A stretch of DNA of 64,000 nt, from positions 2,676,327 to 2,740,326 of the forward strand of contig CM074807.1 of the NCBI GenBank assembly GCA_037447605.1. Direction: 5' to 3'. This document shows positions 49,161 through 61,805 of the stretch, piece by piece; positions within the stretch are counted from its first letter, which is position 1; the number at the start of each line of letters is the position of its first letter. The notes under the pieces are model-generated. The model was not told where the DNA came from and did no database searches. It was given only the letters and a program-made list of their open reading frames with translations. The position numbers were made by a program, and so were the translations under genes. Source of the DNA: Zygnema circumcarinatum SAG 698-1b. Taxonomy: Eukaryota; Plantae; Zygnematophyceae.

Positions 49161-50905
49161 TCAGTTTAGGTTAAGGTGTTCCGCCAGTGCCTGTTTGGCC
49201 TGTGACTTAACAACGTCACCATGGCATGGCACCAGCGTATCCCAATCCCAGCCATTAATTCGCTGTAACTGCATGTAAAAGCGATCCTTACGATACAACA
49301 TGAACTGCTTGTAGAAGGGCAAGTAGACACGGTCCATACCTTGCTTCCACAACCAAGTAGTAAGGGGCGTCTCTTTTGAAGGGTAGTTCCAGAAAAGATC
49401 AGACACGAAAAAGGTTTTTGAGGGCTTGTGATGAAAGACTACCTGCACCCTTGCACGAACAATGAGTAAAATGGGTGCCCATTCAGACAATGCGCTTGCA
49501 GGAGGTGAAAAGTGGATAGCTGCACAGCCTGATCACAAATACAAAGTGCAATAGGACAATTTCTGATTTCCTCGTGCAAGCACACAGGAGTTCTCGGTAA
49601 GGGCTTTGTGCACACCTCGTTAAAAAACGGCTGCCTGTTGAATGGGTTGTGCTCACAATCAAGCCATGCAAGCTCAAATTCTTCTTTCCACTCTTCAGGG
49701 GGAACATCGGACTCCCCAACTGTTACCGAATATCTGATGTCCAGGCGCTTCTCCTTCAAGCCAGGGCAGGCTGCATTAGCAAACAGAGAGAAAATACATG
49801 AGAGGCTTACCTAAGATTGTAATACGACGATCGTCTAGAGCTTTCTTCAAACAAAACGTTGCGCTTTTTCTCCCAAGATACTGCTTAGAACACTTATCCA
49901 CACCAACAAATTGTTGCAAAGAGTTCAAAATGAATGCTGTAACGACTTGGCACAGTTCCATCTATTTTACTCTAAACTGTCCGCCCAAAAGGCTTGTTGC
50001 CATAGAAAAGGCCAAGTCGCTGATAGGCTCCATCCATGAGCTCACCATAGGCGATGGCGTTCGGATAGGCATCCAACCACTGCTGCGCAAACCTGCCCCC
50101 AGCAGCATTCTCTAACCAGCCTCAGATTTGGATTCCAGACGCCTACACAGCATTACAGCTGACTGCAGAAAAAAACTCCTCCTGACGTTTCTCATATTGC
50201 CACCACATATGCTCCTACATTTAATTTTCCTAATAAAAACTGAATGTCTCAATGTCCCTGCAGCAGCTGCTTATTTGCAGATATTGCAGCCTCACCCGCA
50301 GTGCTCGTAGTTAGGCGATACAACATATCGTAGTTCGCCTAATTTGTCAATCTCCTCCTTCAGCCCTGGAACCAACGGCACGGGTGAATGCACCCACAGA
50401 GAGCCATCGGAGAGGCGCACCACCGCCATTCTGCCTCCAACATCAATGCCATACCATAAGAATGGCCGCTCAGCGGCCCAAACTTGGCCCTTCACAACCT
50501 CCCTGAGAGGCTGTCCAGTAGGATTGGACCACACTTTCATAGTCTCCGCTCCAGGAGGCGGCGCAGCGCCGGCTCTAATTTGGAAAGAACGTCTTTTTTC
50601 TTTCCTGGAAGTAACCGCGCTTTCCTCTTTCGCCCATTTCGATTGTGAACTTCTTGAAAGTTGCGTTCCAGGAAAATAAAAAGCTTGGCCTGCAGGTAGC
50701 TGGAGCTGCAGAAATAAGACGAATCAGAGACGCCCCATCCTGGATAACCTTGAAGGTCGAACCACAGCGGAAAGAAAAGTATGCAATGCGGGGAAAAACA
50801 AGCCGATTAAAGAAGAGAAAGAACCTGCTTACGCGAGCCTGTACGAAGCCTCTGGCTGAGAAGCAACACCTCTCCTCCCGTCTGCAGCGCTGCTGCAGCA
50901 GCCAT
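49161..50905 (-). CDS. DUF4336 domain protein (metallo-beta-lactamase-like), likely plastid-targeted
   Basis: QVWAAERPFLWYGIDVGGRMAVVRLSDGSLWVHSPV...LRYVVSPNYEH|...FAQQWLDAYPNAIAY|...PFFNE|VVFHHKPSKTFFVSDLFWN...WDWDTLVPCHGD. A transit-like N-terminus is split by one intron. Confidence 0.88.
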
Positions 50906-51871
50906 GACTTAAGGTACGTCCCTTCGACTCTCCAAGCAAAAAATGTGACCCGGAAGTGGAAGAGTGGAAACGTCAATGCCACATCTCATTCGCGAGAAAA
51001 CACGCCTAACATATTTGGGCGAAGGCAGTGCACAAAGGGGCGTGTTTGTGTTACCGCACTCCCGTGAAACGTCACGTCTGGGTCTACAGGAACTCGTTTA
51101 TGTTAAATGACGTCAATCAATTGTTTACCGTATAGCGCATAACATCGATTATGTAAGTGACACACGTCTGAAACGACACGTGGCAGATATCCTGCTAGAG
51201 CCACACCTCCACGTTAAGTCAAAAAGTGACGCATGTCTGCTTCCTCCGCTTCAGTTTTAGCTTCACTTCCAGCTAAAAACCCTAAAAACCCATCGCTTAC
51301 GAAACTCATCGTCACTTCTTTCGTGTACGAATTCCGGGTCGGGATCCGCTCCTCCACCGTACACAGCCTTACCGAAATGCGTACCTAGCCAATGCTGAAT
51401 TCGCCCGACAGGCTTACGAAATTGATTTGGCGATGGTCAAGCTCTGACTCCCCCTAATTTGGGCAGGAGTCTGTGGCTGAATCTTAGCGGCACCATTTTT
51501 AAACGTGTTGATCCATGCACGAATTTCTCCTCGGTGACGCTGCGATCTGATTGGCAAAATCTTCCGGTAACTCATCCGATTTGTATCGGATGTATCGTAT
51601 ATATAGATATAATCGATACAGACTGTATTGGCAACCTTATCCCTGATTGGCCTCCGATCCCGTCATTCTTGATTGTACGGCGTCCAACATGCGCCGTCGA
51701 CCTTGTTTACAAAGGGTTGTCACGTCAGAGAAATTAATAGTGAGAAGGAAACAGACGCGTGCGCACTCTGTAAAGCGGCGGCCTATGCTGTCGCTCCGCC
51801 TCTTTACCAGAGGGCCAGGAAAAGCGATTTTTCCTTCTGTTCTCCTCCCTCGCAGGCAGAGGAGAAAGGGG

Positions 51872-51960
51872 GGAGGAGGAGGAGGAGGTGGAGGAGGAGG
51901 AGGAGGTGGAGGAGGAGGAGGTGGAGGAGGAGGAGGAGGAGGAGGAGGAGGAGGAGGTGG
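51872..51960 (+). repeat. (GGA)n microsatellite with GGT interruptions, in the MEMO1 5' region
   Basis: About 30 GGA/GGT triplets are directly visible. Confidence 0.95.
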
Positions 51961-51975
51961 GCAAGGGCATGTGCA

Positions 51976-54713
51976 ATGAGGCAGCACGCGCGGATTCCCG
52001 GGGCCACACGTGCGGCTAGCCATGCCGGCAGCTGGTACAGCGACGATGGTAATGGCCCTGTGCTCGCGCCCTTCCTGTCTGCGCGCGACAGAGGCCTGCG
52101 GATCTTGTCGGCGCTTGTCTCTGTTTTCTGCAGGTCTCACGCTGTTTCCGTCCGAGGGGATGGGTGAATTTCTCAAGAAAATCGGGCAATTCTTGCAGTC
52201 CCGGAAAGGACTGCCATGAATTCTTTTTGTTAAGGTTTCAGGCCTGCTGCATTTGCTTTAGTGATGCGTGATAGTGAAGCGCGTAATTCGCATCTTATTG
52301 TCCTGACCAAGAGAAGATTATAAAAGCTAATGTTCTGTGGCTTTGGAGGCCTGCAGCGAATGCATTGGAGACGCAGCTGAGTGGATGGTTAGCAGCATGC
52401 GGAGTGAAGGGGTCTCCCCAAGCTCGAGCAATTATTGCGCCGTTAGTACACGCTCCCTACTTTAGCCTGATCCTTGCTGATGAGGATCAAAGCTAAGAAC
52501 CGGTTGTGACCCTTACACATCTTTCATAGTTTGCGTGTATTTCTAAAAACATTGCGATCGAATATTCGAAATTCGGCAAGGGAATCGCAAAGACATTCAG
52601 CTAGTTTGCCTAAACGTAAATTTTAGGAGTTCAAACGTTGATAAAGCGATTGCCAACATTAAATGCACGTAACTAGACGAATGTCGTACAGCGTGCTTCT
52701 GTGACATGGGCGCTGATGCTCCTGTATGATCATTTCATGACAACAGGCATGCAGGATTTCGCTACTCTGGCCGGTGTGCAGCCTACGCGTTTGCGCAAAT
52801 TGACCCGAAAGTGGTGTACGTTTTCCTCCCTATGGAAAGCCTTGGGAACTGAGGGAATGAGAGGATCGCTGAAAACTGAATATCAGATGAGTTTTGTGAG
52901 GTTCTGGACGTTCAAAAAAAATCGGTTTCTTTAAGTAAAGTGACTGCGCAGACTTTCTCGATGAGTTTCTGTATTTGCTTGTTCCCCATGTCTACGTTGT
53001 GCAGCAAACGCATATTTTTACTCGGGCCGTCTCATCATTACTTCACTCGAAAGTGTGCGTTATCGCCTGCTAAAGTCTACCAAACGCCTCTTGGCGATGT
53101 GCCCATAGACCAAGAAGGTGAGCTGCCCCTTTTGTTTTTTTTCCAAATCTCATGTATCTCATGTCTCATGTTCTATCCTCATTATATACCTCCCCTGTCA
53201 ACAGTTATACACAATCAATGTGCTGCATTACTGCACTCCGTTTCGTCTAAACACTTGCAGTTCAGCCTATGCTCTAATTCAGTCAACGTATTTGAGCAAA
53301 ATTCATTTGGCTGGAAGCTGGTTGGATGTCAATCTATTGTTATGCAGTGTATGCGGAGCTGAAGGCCACAGGACAGTTTGAGGAGATGGGAGCTTCGGTG
53401 GATGAGGCTGAACACAGCCTGGAGATGCATCTGCCGTACCTTGTGAAGGTGCTGCAGGGGTGAGCCTCGGCTTGCTCGCTCAGAGTAGACCGTTCCTTGC
53501 CGAGATGGCAAAGGGGTGAGAGGGCAGCCCTTCGTCCCAGCAGGGAGTACAAGAAGGTGGTCAAGAGTTGTTGTAAGTGCTGCAAGGAGGGTTCGCAGGA
53601 CTATGGCCAGTAGGGAGAGCATGTGAGGATTGACAGCTCTCGGTTTAGAAGCATTAGCCCGCAGCTTGACAAGGTACTAACGGGGATTTGGCAGGAACTT
53701 GTTGCTTGGATTTGGAGTCTTACTCCGTTTGTTCAATGGAGGTTTCGAGGTGTATGGCACTATGGAGCCCCCTTGCAAACGAGCATGTGTAATGAATTGA
53801 GCTTTGTCCTTGGATGGTTGCAGTCATGCATTCAGTTTGGTACCCATCATGGTGGGAGCGCTACTTCCGGAAGCTGAGGCCCGTTACGGAGCTCTGCTAG
53901 CCAAGTACATGGACAATCCTGCTAATTTCTTTTCCATTTCGTCCGACTTCTGCCATTGGGGAACGAGGTGAGATTCAAACTCTTTAATACGCTCGAGGTT
54001 ACGAGTGTAACTCTAGAGTCTCACTGTCCCTCCGCAGAAAATTCTGTGTGCTGCCCTACAGTAGATGCCACCTTCGTCCATATCACAGCTCGTGTGTCAG
54101 ACTGCTCTTCAATTTTCTCCAACTGCCTGTATTGCAGGTTCAGCTACACATACTATGAGCAGAGGCAGGGCCCCATCTACAAGTCTATAGAGGCCCTTGA
54201 TCGCAGCGGCATGGAACTTATCGAGGCTGGCGATCCGGAGGCATTCACTGAGTACTTGGCGCTGTATGAGAACACTATCTGTGGACGCCACCCCATTGGA
54301 GTTCTCCTCCATGTCCGTTTCTCGCCTTTGCTCTCTGAATGCCGCTGCAACATGTTGCCATACTCAGTTTGCAGGCTTGGAACAGGCCAGATTGTGAGGA
54401 AAACGAAGGGGTTTCAGCGCAGGCTTCAAGGGAGATGCACTGTGTTTGCCGTGCAAGTCTCGAGAGTTCAAACTGCCACGTTTTTCATTTCTTGTCCCTC
54501 AAAAGTCAGTCTTGACACCATGGACGTTGAAGGCTTAAGTTTGCAGCAAAGAAGAAGTCTGACAAAGTGTTACGTGTTTTGCAGCTCTTGAAGAACAGTA
54601 ACACGAAACTGAGTCTCAAATTCGTGCAGTACGAGCAGTCCTGCAAGTGCCGGCACATGGGCGATTCAAGCGTGAGCTATGCTTCGGCTGTCGGTTTGGT
54701 GGTTGAAAACTAG
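51976..54713 (+). CDS. MEMO1: MEMO1 family protein (AmmeMemoRadiSam protein B-like dioxygenase fold), 8 exons
   Basis: [13 protein letters not shown]|...RAIIAP|HAGFRYSG|[10 protein letters not shown]...TPLGDVPID|...[14 protein letters not shown]|...LVPIMVG...ISSDFCHWG|RFSYTYY...IEALDRSGM...[13 protein letters not shown]|...YEQS...DSSVSYAS*. Confidence 0.95.
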
Positions 54714-55224
54714 TGCCGTGCTTCCTCTTGTACAGATGAAAGAGACTATTATTATTATAGGATGCTGAGCAACCCATTGGAGGGCCATTCCTAAGCTGCA
54801 ATTTCTAGACTCAGGCTGCGACGTACTCTCTGTTTGTCTATTCTGCAGAACAGGACACTTTCGAAGACGCATCGACCGGAGTTGTTTATTGGAAGACACA
54901 GCGAACTATGAAGCCTTGCTCTCTGTCGACATCATTTTGTTTGAATGTGCGCTCAGATGGGCCGCCGGCAGTGTTTTTCATTAAACGTGGAGCCACTGGC
55001 CAAAGTCTCTGTTGATCCTGTGATTTTGTTCTATTGTCAATAGGGGGTGTCAGACTTAAAAATTGTTCGTAAGTTTGAGACCAGAACGAGTACTTTGGTG
55101 ACATCGCAATCCTGGTGCGGCGGAGTACTTACAAAACTTTTTTGTTCGTAAGATTTCGTTAAGTCTGACACGCCCTAATGCATTGCAAAAGGCGATTCTC
55201 CAAAGTTAAAAGACACAACTTGAC

Positions 55225-55380
55225 TTGATCTACCAATTACAGTACATGTTTGATCCAGCAACCAAATGTTGATCCACCCAATAAGGGTTGGTCCATCATA
55301 TAAATGTTGTTGATCTACCAAACAAACCTCGATCCACCCAAAATCTAGATCCACCAAACAAATCTTTACCCACCAAACAG
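55225..55380. repeat. Degenerate array of (T)TGATC(C/T)ACC(C)AA-like motifs
   Basis: About 6-7 irregularly spaced copies lie between the convergent MEMO1 and cyclin T 3' ends. Confidence 0.5.
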
Positions 55381-55740
55381 ACGTCTAGCCAGCAGTGGAG
55401 GCCACTGTTGCTGCTGACATCCTTTCACATGCCGCTGCTCAAAAACATTAAGTATACAGGGTGAGGCTCATAGATTCCATACGCCTGCCGTATTCACGGC
55501 ACATGGTGCGCCCATTGACATGAACAGCATGAAGTTTCCCACTTTCATCAGATATTGGCGAAGGAAAATAGGTGAAACAAATGTCTAATAGTGAGGATAT
55601 CCGCCGTTGCCATAATTGAGCACTGCCTGCCGATCATTAAAAAGCTCGCTGTCACAGAAATGTGTCTCCCAGCTACGTACAAAGGCAAGTGAGGCCAGAC
55701 CCTACCTTCAATTGCTCTGGGGACACAACACAACGCCCTA

Positions 55741-58700
55741 CTAGTGATGGCCATGCGAGCGTGGATATCTGCCCCTCTCTTTCTCCCGGTCCCCTTCTCG
55801 GTGCTTCTCCTTGTAATCTCTACCACGGTCTCCATCTGATCGCTCTGACTCCCTCTCCCTGTCCCTCTCCTTCTCCCTCTGCTCATGACCATGTGCTCGA
55901 TGACGAGAGTCCCTGCCATGCCCATCCCATCCACGGCCTCTCTCATCCCGATCCCAATCCCGCTTTCTATCATGATGCCTCCACCCATCAGGTGACAAAC
56001 GCCGCGAACGATCCCAGTCAGCTCCAGGACTTCTGCGGCGAGCCGCTCCTTCCTCGGGGGATGGCCCCCAAGGTCTATCTCTATCTGACACGGGACTGCG
56101 CTCATGGGCCATCCCTACAGGAGCAGTACTGCCACTCTTGCTTGGGCTCAAATGGCGGCGTGGAGAAGGGCTTCCACTGGCCCGTCTCAGGCTGCCCTGC
56201 CCCCTCGACGGAGAATTGCCCTCTCTCAGACTCTCGGGCCCTTCCTCCACTTCTCCTGACTTATTCGCAACTTCATGCTCTCCCGAAGTTTGCAAATGGG
56301 CGTTTTTCCCGTTTTCTAATTTTTGAACTTTGCTCGCCGCTACCTCTGTTGCTGTACCCTCCTCCTCAGGCTCCCAACGAGACCGCTTGCGATCAGCCCG
56401 TGAGCCTACTTGAGGGATCTCAGTAGCATTGGTTGGCTCTGCTTGAGCTGTAAGATGGTCGTCTGTACCAGATGCTTCAGCAGCCATTGAAGGGCCATGA
56501 GATGAAGGTTCCAACATCTCAATCACAGGAGCAATAGACACAGGCAACTCAGAGTTGGCCGCGGAGTCCTTCACAGCTTTCGACGGGGCTTTGGCTGCTT
56601 CTATCGTATCTCCATTTTGCTTATGCGGTGGGCATGTAGAACCATTGACCAGCTCTTGCTTTTCCGTCTGAGGGGCTCCGGTGGTGGCTACCACATCTTC
56701 CAACTCCGTAAGCAGCTCCTCGTCCAGATCTAACGATCCATTTAGTACAGAAGCTTGACCCGTTCCGCCATCTTTGGCACAAACAGCAGTCTTGACTGAG
56801 GTTGCTAGTTCACCCTGTCCCGTTGCGGTTTCGCCTGCAGAAGGAACCTGCTCAATTACATTATCTATAACCTGACTCTCCTCCTGTGACTGTCCCGATA
56901 ACACTTCTCCATTCTGCTCACCCGATGGACGGGAAGAAAGGACGACAGTCTCCTCAACTTCCTTTACTCCAGAAGGCACTTCATATGCAGTCGTCAGTAG
57001 TTCAGAAACAGAAGCATCAGGAGCCTGCTTCGATACTGCAGGCTCAGGCTCATCCACCTCCATCTCCACTTCCTCCTGCTCCTGTGCGACCTCAACAGTA
57101 CTTACAATCTTTGTACTTGCAGTCTCCCTGGAGGGCCCCTCTATGATCCCCCCTTCTTCCGGTTGCGTTTCGCTTCCATGCTCTTGAATGCCATTCGTGT
57201 ATTGCGATTCCAATGCACTGTCATTCTGTGTTGAAGCGGCTTTTACCTGCTCGTCGCCCTCAGCTGCCTCAATCCACACCCTGGAATTCTCAATAAGGTC
57301 TCCCGAAGCTCCACCATGCCCCATAACACCATTCACTTCAGATAGTCTCCCATCCTCAAGAGTGCCATTGGCTTTCCTCTCCCTCCGCTCGTGGTTCACA
57401 GGCCCCTGTCCAGAAGTTGTGGGAGTCCCCACTTTGGCCGCTGTGCCAGGACTGGGAGTGCAACGCAGGAGGGGTGCTCCTGCTGCAGCAAGTGAAGGCG
57501 TGGGAGGAAATGAGAGGCCTGAGGCAGCAGACGTTCTTGAACTATCCCCATCCTTGCGTTTGTACATTGACATAATCTGCCGTTCAACATCTGCAACATG
57601 CCCATCAACTGATCAGACTCTCGCATTCAGTGTCAGGAAACGATGTGCCTTGGCAATTGAACAAACTCAACCACACACTTCAAGGATCACCTCAGTGACT
57701 GGGGGAACAAAAGTAGTTGGGTAGTATCTTGCGACTTGAGAAAATCTTAACACTCCAGCAGCATCCAACGTGAGATATGTAAATGTCTCATGCTAAATGC
57801 TGAAGAGTTTATGTTTAAAATCAATATCAAATATCTCTTGAACTGGAAGAGTAGCTCCAGTGCTCCTGAATTAACATAATAGGTTTTGCAACGATTCAGA
57901 GTAAATCAAGAGATTCACAATGCGAGGACATGGAGATACATCCAAACAGCTGCTAAGCAAAAACTGTCGAATGTTAATTCATATCTATGGCATCGTCGGC
58001 CAACTCCGCATTTACTCCACACAGTTATGATGCCCGCTTGCATTCCCAACAGTTGGAAGCATGTGAACATCAGCTTGCTCCAACAAATCCATCTACCATC
58101 TATCTGCCATCTCATCGACCAAGCACAGCACCTCCCTCTGATACCAGATCTGCTATATTCTGGAAAGGTATAATTCCAAGGAGCCAAAGCACCATACTGC
58201 TACTTTGTTCTAGACCCACTAAAAAGGAAATGGAAGTCCTTGTCACAGACGGATTGAGGGAATAAATATAAGCAACACAGCTCATCCCTGAAAGATGTTA
58301 TTCCTTGCAACTCGCAGCTTTGTTTTCTGGAGTTAATTTTTACTCATCAATTCTTTTTATTTTGCAAGATAACTGACCGACAGAAACTCAACCATCAAAT
58401 CCCTCGCTTTCAAACTCCAAGCCTAGTTTTGCATTTACAACCGTACGATTAGACAGCATAGCAATTGAAACGGCTGCCACGGCTGCCAAGCTGTCACCAA
58501 CTTATAGCTCCACTAACAAAGCTCAGCAAAGGCTTTCGTGGTGAATTTAATCGTCCTATGTAAGTGCTGATAGAGGAATGGGTGCAATTTGCTGCCAAAC
58601 AGCAGAACCATCAAACGATGCTGAAACTTGATTGTCGAATCACTACAAAAAGAAGGGGGGAGGGGAGGTAGGGAACAAATTGCAAAACTACCAAAGCGCT

Positions 58701-61185
58701 GCTTCCAAAAGAGGGGAGCATACCCTTAAGAACCTCTTTCGTTGCTCCAAACCGCGCCCACCAGGGTTTGCCACCAGGAGATGTTGGCAGTTCATAGTGG
58801 ACCGTAGTGGCAGCGAGGTTGACGCACGCTACAGCAATGTCTGTAGAGCTGTGCGGCTGAAGGCAAAGCGTAGTCTTCAAGCTGGCAATCCCGAAGAGTC
58901 GGTAGCCACGCCGCACAAGGCACAGACCCTTGCTTTAGCCACCAGTTTGTGTGCAAGGTTTGCCATTTGCACCTTCTCAGTGCATGTTTTGCCACCAGGA
59001 GAATTTTACGTGATGGAAAACATGCATTCTTGACAACAAGAATTCAGGACAGGGTACATAAGACTTTCTCTCCAAGTCCTGAGCCACCCTAGCCCAGTTT
59101 GCGCTGCAAGAAGTACCAACCTGCAGTCCACCACAACATACAGATCCGCGCAAAATCCTACACAGCAGCTCAGGCCAAAAACACTGCTACAGGAAGCACA
59201 CCAAACGGATACAGAAAACAGAAGCAGAAACCAAACAAGACGTACTTGGCGACCACCTATAGTTCTCCGATGTATCTGACAATGCCCAGGTGAAAGAGGA
59301 TCTTGGACAGTCAAATGACCTTAAGAAAGCAGCAGCTGCCACTCAGTCTCACCGTAGTTCACAGCCATACAGCATTAATCACAGTCACTCCATGCTCACT
59401 AGCCAGGATAGACGCAAAAACATTCTTAATGTCCATTTAAAATGCTCCTGGTAGTCCAATGAAGACTTGCAAGGTGGATAACACTTATCAACTGCACATT
59501 CACAGGTTCACTTCCGACAAAAACCAGGAGAAAGATAGCACATAGTTTCTCATACCTGTCATTGGAGAAATTCCATGCGATCTGACAGAATTGCTCCTTC
59601 GTCCTATCTCCCTTTGTATGAAGTCCAAGCTCCTTAATGACTTTGCACAGCGGGCTGTGAGGATGGCTGGTACTGAAGTCAAAATCCAATGTAACAAGAA
59701 GGACTTCCTCAGCCTTGGTTATTCTCTCCATCTCCGCGAGTAAAAGCTTCTGTAACACAGAAATGAAGCAGATAAGACATTAGCCTTCAGATAAAAAATC
59801 ACCAAACAACAATACACATCAATTGACAGCTGTTTAAACTGGATATCCAACCCACTTTCACTTTCTTCTTCCTAGAGTGTATGTGACTGGCCTTGCTAGT
59901 TTATGCTATTACGAAGGGATCCTTACAAGGAGCTAAACGTTACAAAGTCAGGAAGTGAGACGAATGTTTAGAAGTTCGATATGTTCATTGAACCAACTAG
60001 CGTATCGACAGCTGCAGTTGTTCTGGAAAAGTATATTTCAGTGAAAAGGGAATATCAAATGTCTAAGAACACTCTCACAGATTTCAGCAATATTGCAGAA
60101 AAGTCCCAGCGGAATTGTCTATCTCGGACAGGACACTCATAAGCTATCCGCAAAGAGATGAAAAAAAATTATGAACGAAACTAAAGTTCACAAATGAAAC
60201 ACTGAATGGCGTGAGAACCCACCAAGTCCTTCTTTATCCTCTCAGCAGCTGCTGGCTCCTTCCTACTTCGAACGTAGTAGGCCGTTTCAGTGATTTTTTG
60301 AAGGCTTTTGAAATTCTCTTCTACCTTTCCAGCCAAGAGCAAAGCAGCTGCAGCTATGAGCTGCACATGGAAACGATTACCGTGGGTTAGGACAGATATC
60401 CATTACAAAAAGGTTCCCTACTAGAACAGGAATACCTGCACTACTTTTTGCTTTCAGCGATGCAAGAGAACATCTAACTCCTTCCCATTCTTCCCCGAAA
60501 AAACGACGAATAAGCCCATCTTCAACTCAAATCAACGTGCGATAGTGATGGGCTGTGAGAGCTCCATATCAAAAGCCGCAGCATATGTTTGACGATTGAA
60601 ACTTCTGTCCAGGGCTTTCCACAAAATGCACATGCAACTTGGGAAAAACAATTTAATCCCAAGACTGAATGCCAACTGGCCTGCGAAGATGACTTAGCTT
60701 TTCGGTAGAAACTTAGTGGCATCAAACTCTACAGCGTAAAGATACAAGGTAGGAGTCACGGAACTCAGGAACTACCGGATGAAACACCGGATGAAATGAA
60801 AAGTGACGCATGCGCAAGGTCACTCACATAAGCGTCGTTTTTTGCATGAGATTGAAACATGAAGAAACGCTGCCAATAGGTCATAGCCGTCGCAATTGTG
60901 TACTGGTTCCTGTAACAGCATCGACCCCTTAGTTACCAAACCGCTGGTCAAAGGGACTCTTGCAGAATTTCCACGCCGACCACAGTCCCGCATAAACTCC
61001 AAGCCTAAAGATTAAAGCGGTGAGCTTTCTTACATTTTGAGCATGAATCCGACATCGTGACAAAACGCCAGTGCGAGCCGTCTGGTCGAATTTTCGAGCT
61101 TGAGAGAGATACCATCCTTACTTGAAGGCGATTCTGTTTCAATCTGCTTCCGGGTGAACTGCCACTTTCCACAGGACGGCTGCAT
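55741..61185 (-). CDS. CYCT1: Cyclin T1 (P-TEFb cyclin) with a long acidic, RS/RD-rich C-terminal tail
   Basis: MQPSCGKWQFTRKQIETESPSSKDGISLKLE...MLK|MNQYTIATAMTYWQRFFMFQSHAKNDAY|LIAAAALLLAGKVEE|...EEVLLVTLDFDFSTSHPH...AWNFSND|SLKTTLCLQ...IAVACVNLA. The last exon is about 610 codons. Confidence 0.92.
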
Positions 61186-61805
61186 GGCCGTCGACACGAG
61201 CAAGCGATACAAAGAAAGAGAGAGAGAGAGAGGGGGGGAGGAGGAGAGAGTGAAAGAAGCCTGCGCCCCCGCCTCCTCCCTCCGCTGCTGCCCTCCTCGC
61301 TCCCTCTCACGTCCCTCTCCCTGCGCCCTCCGCCCTCCCTCTGCCTGCACGAAACCCTCCGAATGGCTCTCCAACAGCGCTACCTCGCGGTAATATATTT
61401 GGGACAAATGTCCAGGATGCCCGAAAATGTTTCGCCTGCCCTGGGAAACGTTTCACGGATCTCAACCGTAGATTTTGAACATCGACGGCCACTATTTTAT
61501 GCAGATGCCAGCCCGAAAAAGTCGGGTCGTTCCGCCCTCTTTACTGTAGCAGCAGTTGGCAGCAGGTACGGCGACGAATCCGTGGGGGTCGTTTTTCTTG
61601 AAAGCTCTCCAAAGCCTGCATCCAATTGGACATGTGCATGTGCATGTGCAGGGCATGGAAATGTGAACAAGAAAGAGGAAACGCAGATGATGGAACGTCC
61701 GCAGCTTCGTGTCGGACTTTGTAAAGCTTCTCTTGGTATTAGATTCTGTGGAATAGGAAGGAGTGGGAGAGGGAGGGAAAGGTAGGGGAGGAGGAGGGAG
61801 AGGCC

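Noticed and set aside
51637-52176. Poly-Pro, poly-Gly, poly-Ser and Arg-rich ORFs
   Set aside because: These are translation artefacts of the (GGA)n microsatellite. Only the frame starting MRQHARIPG at 51976 is MEMO1.
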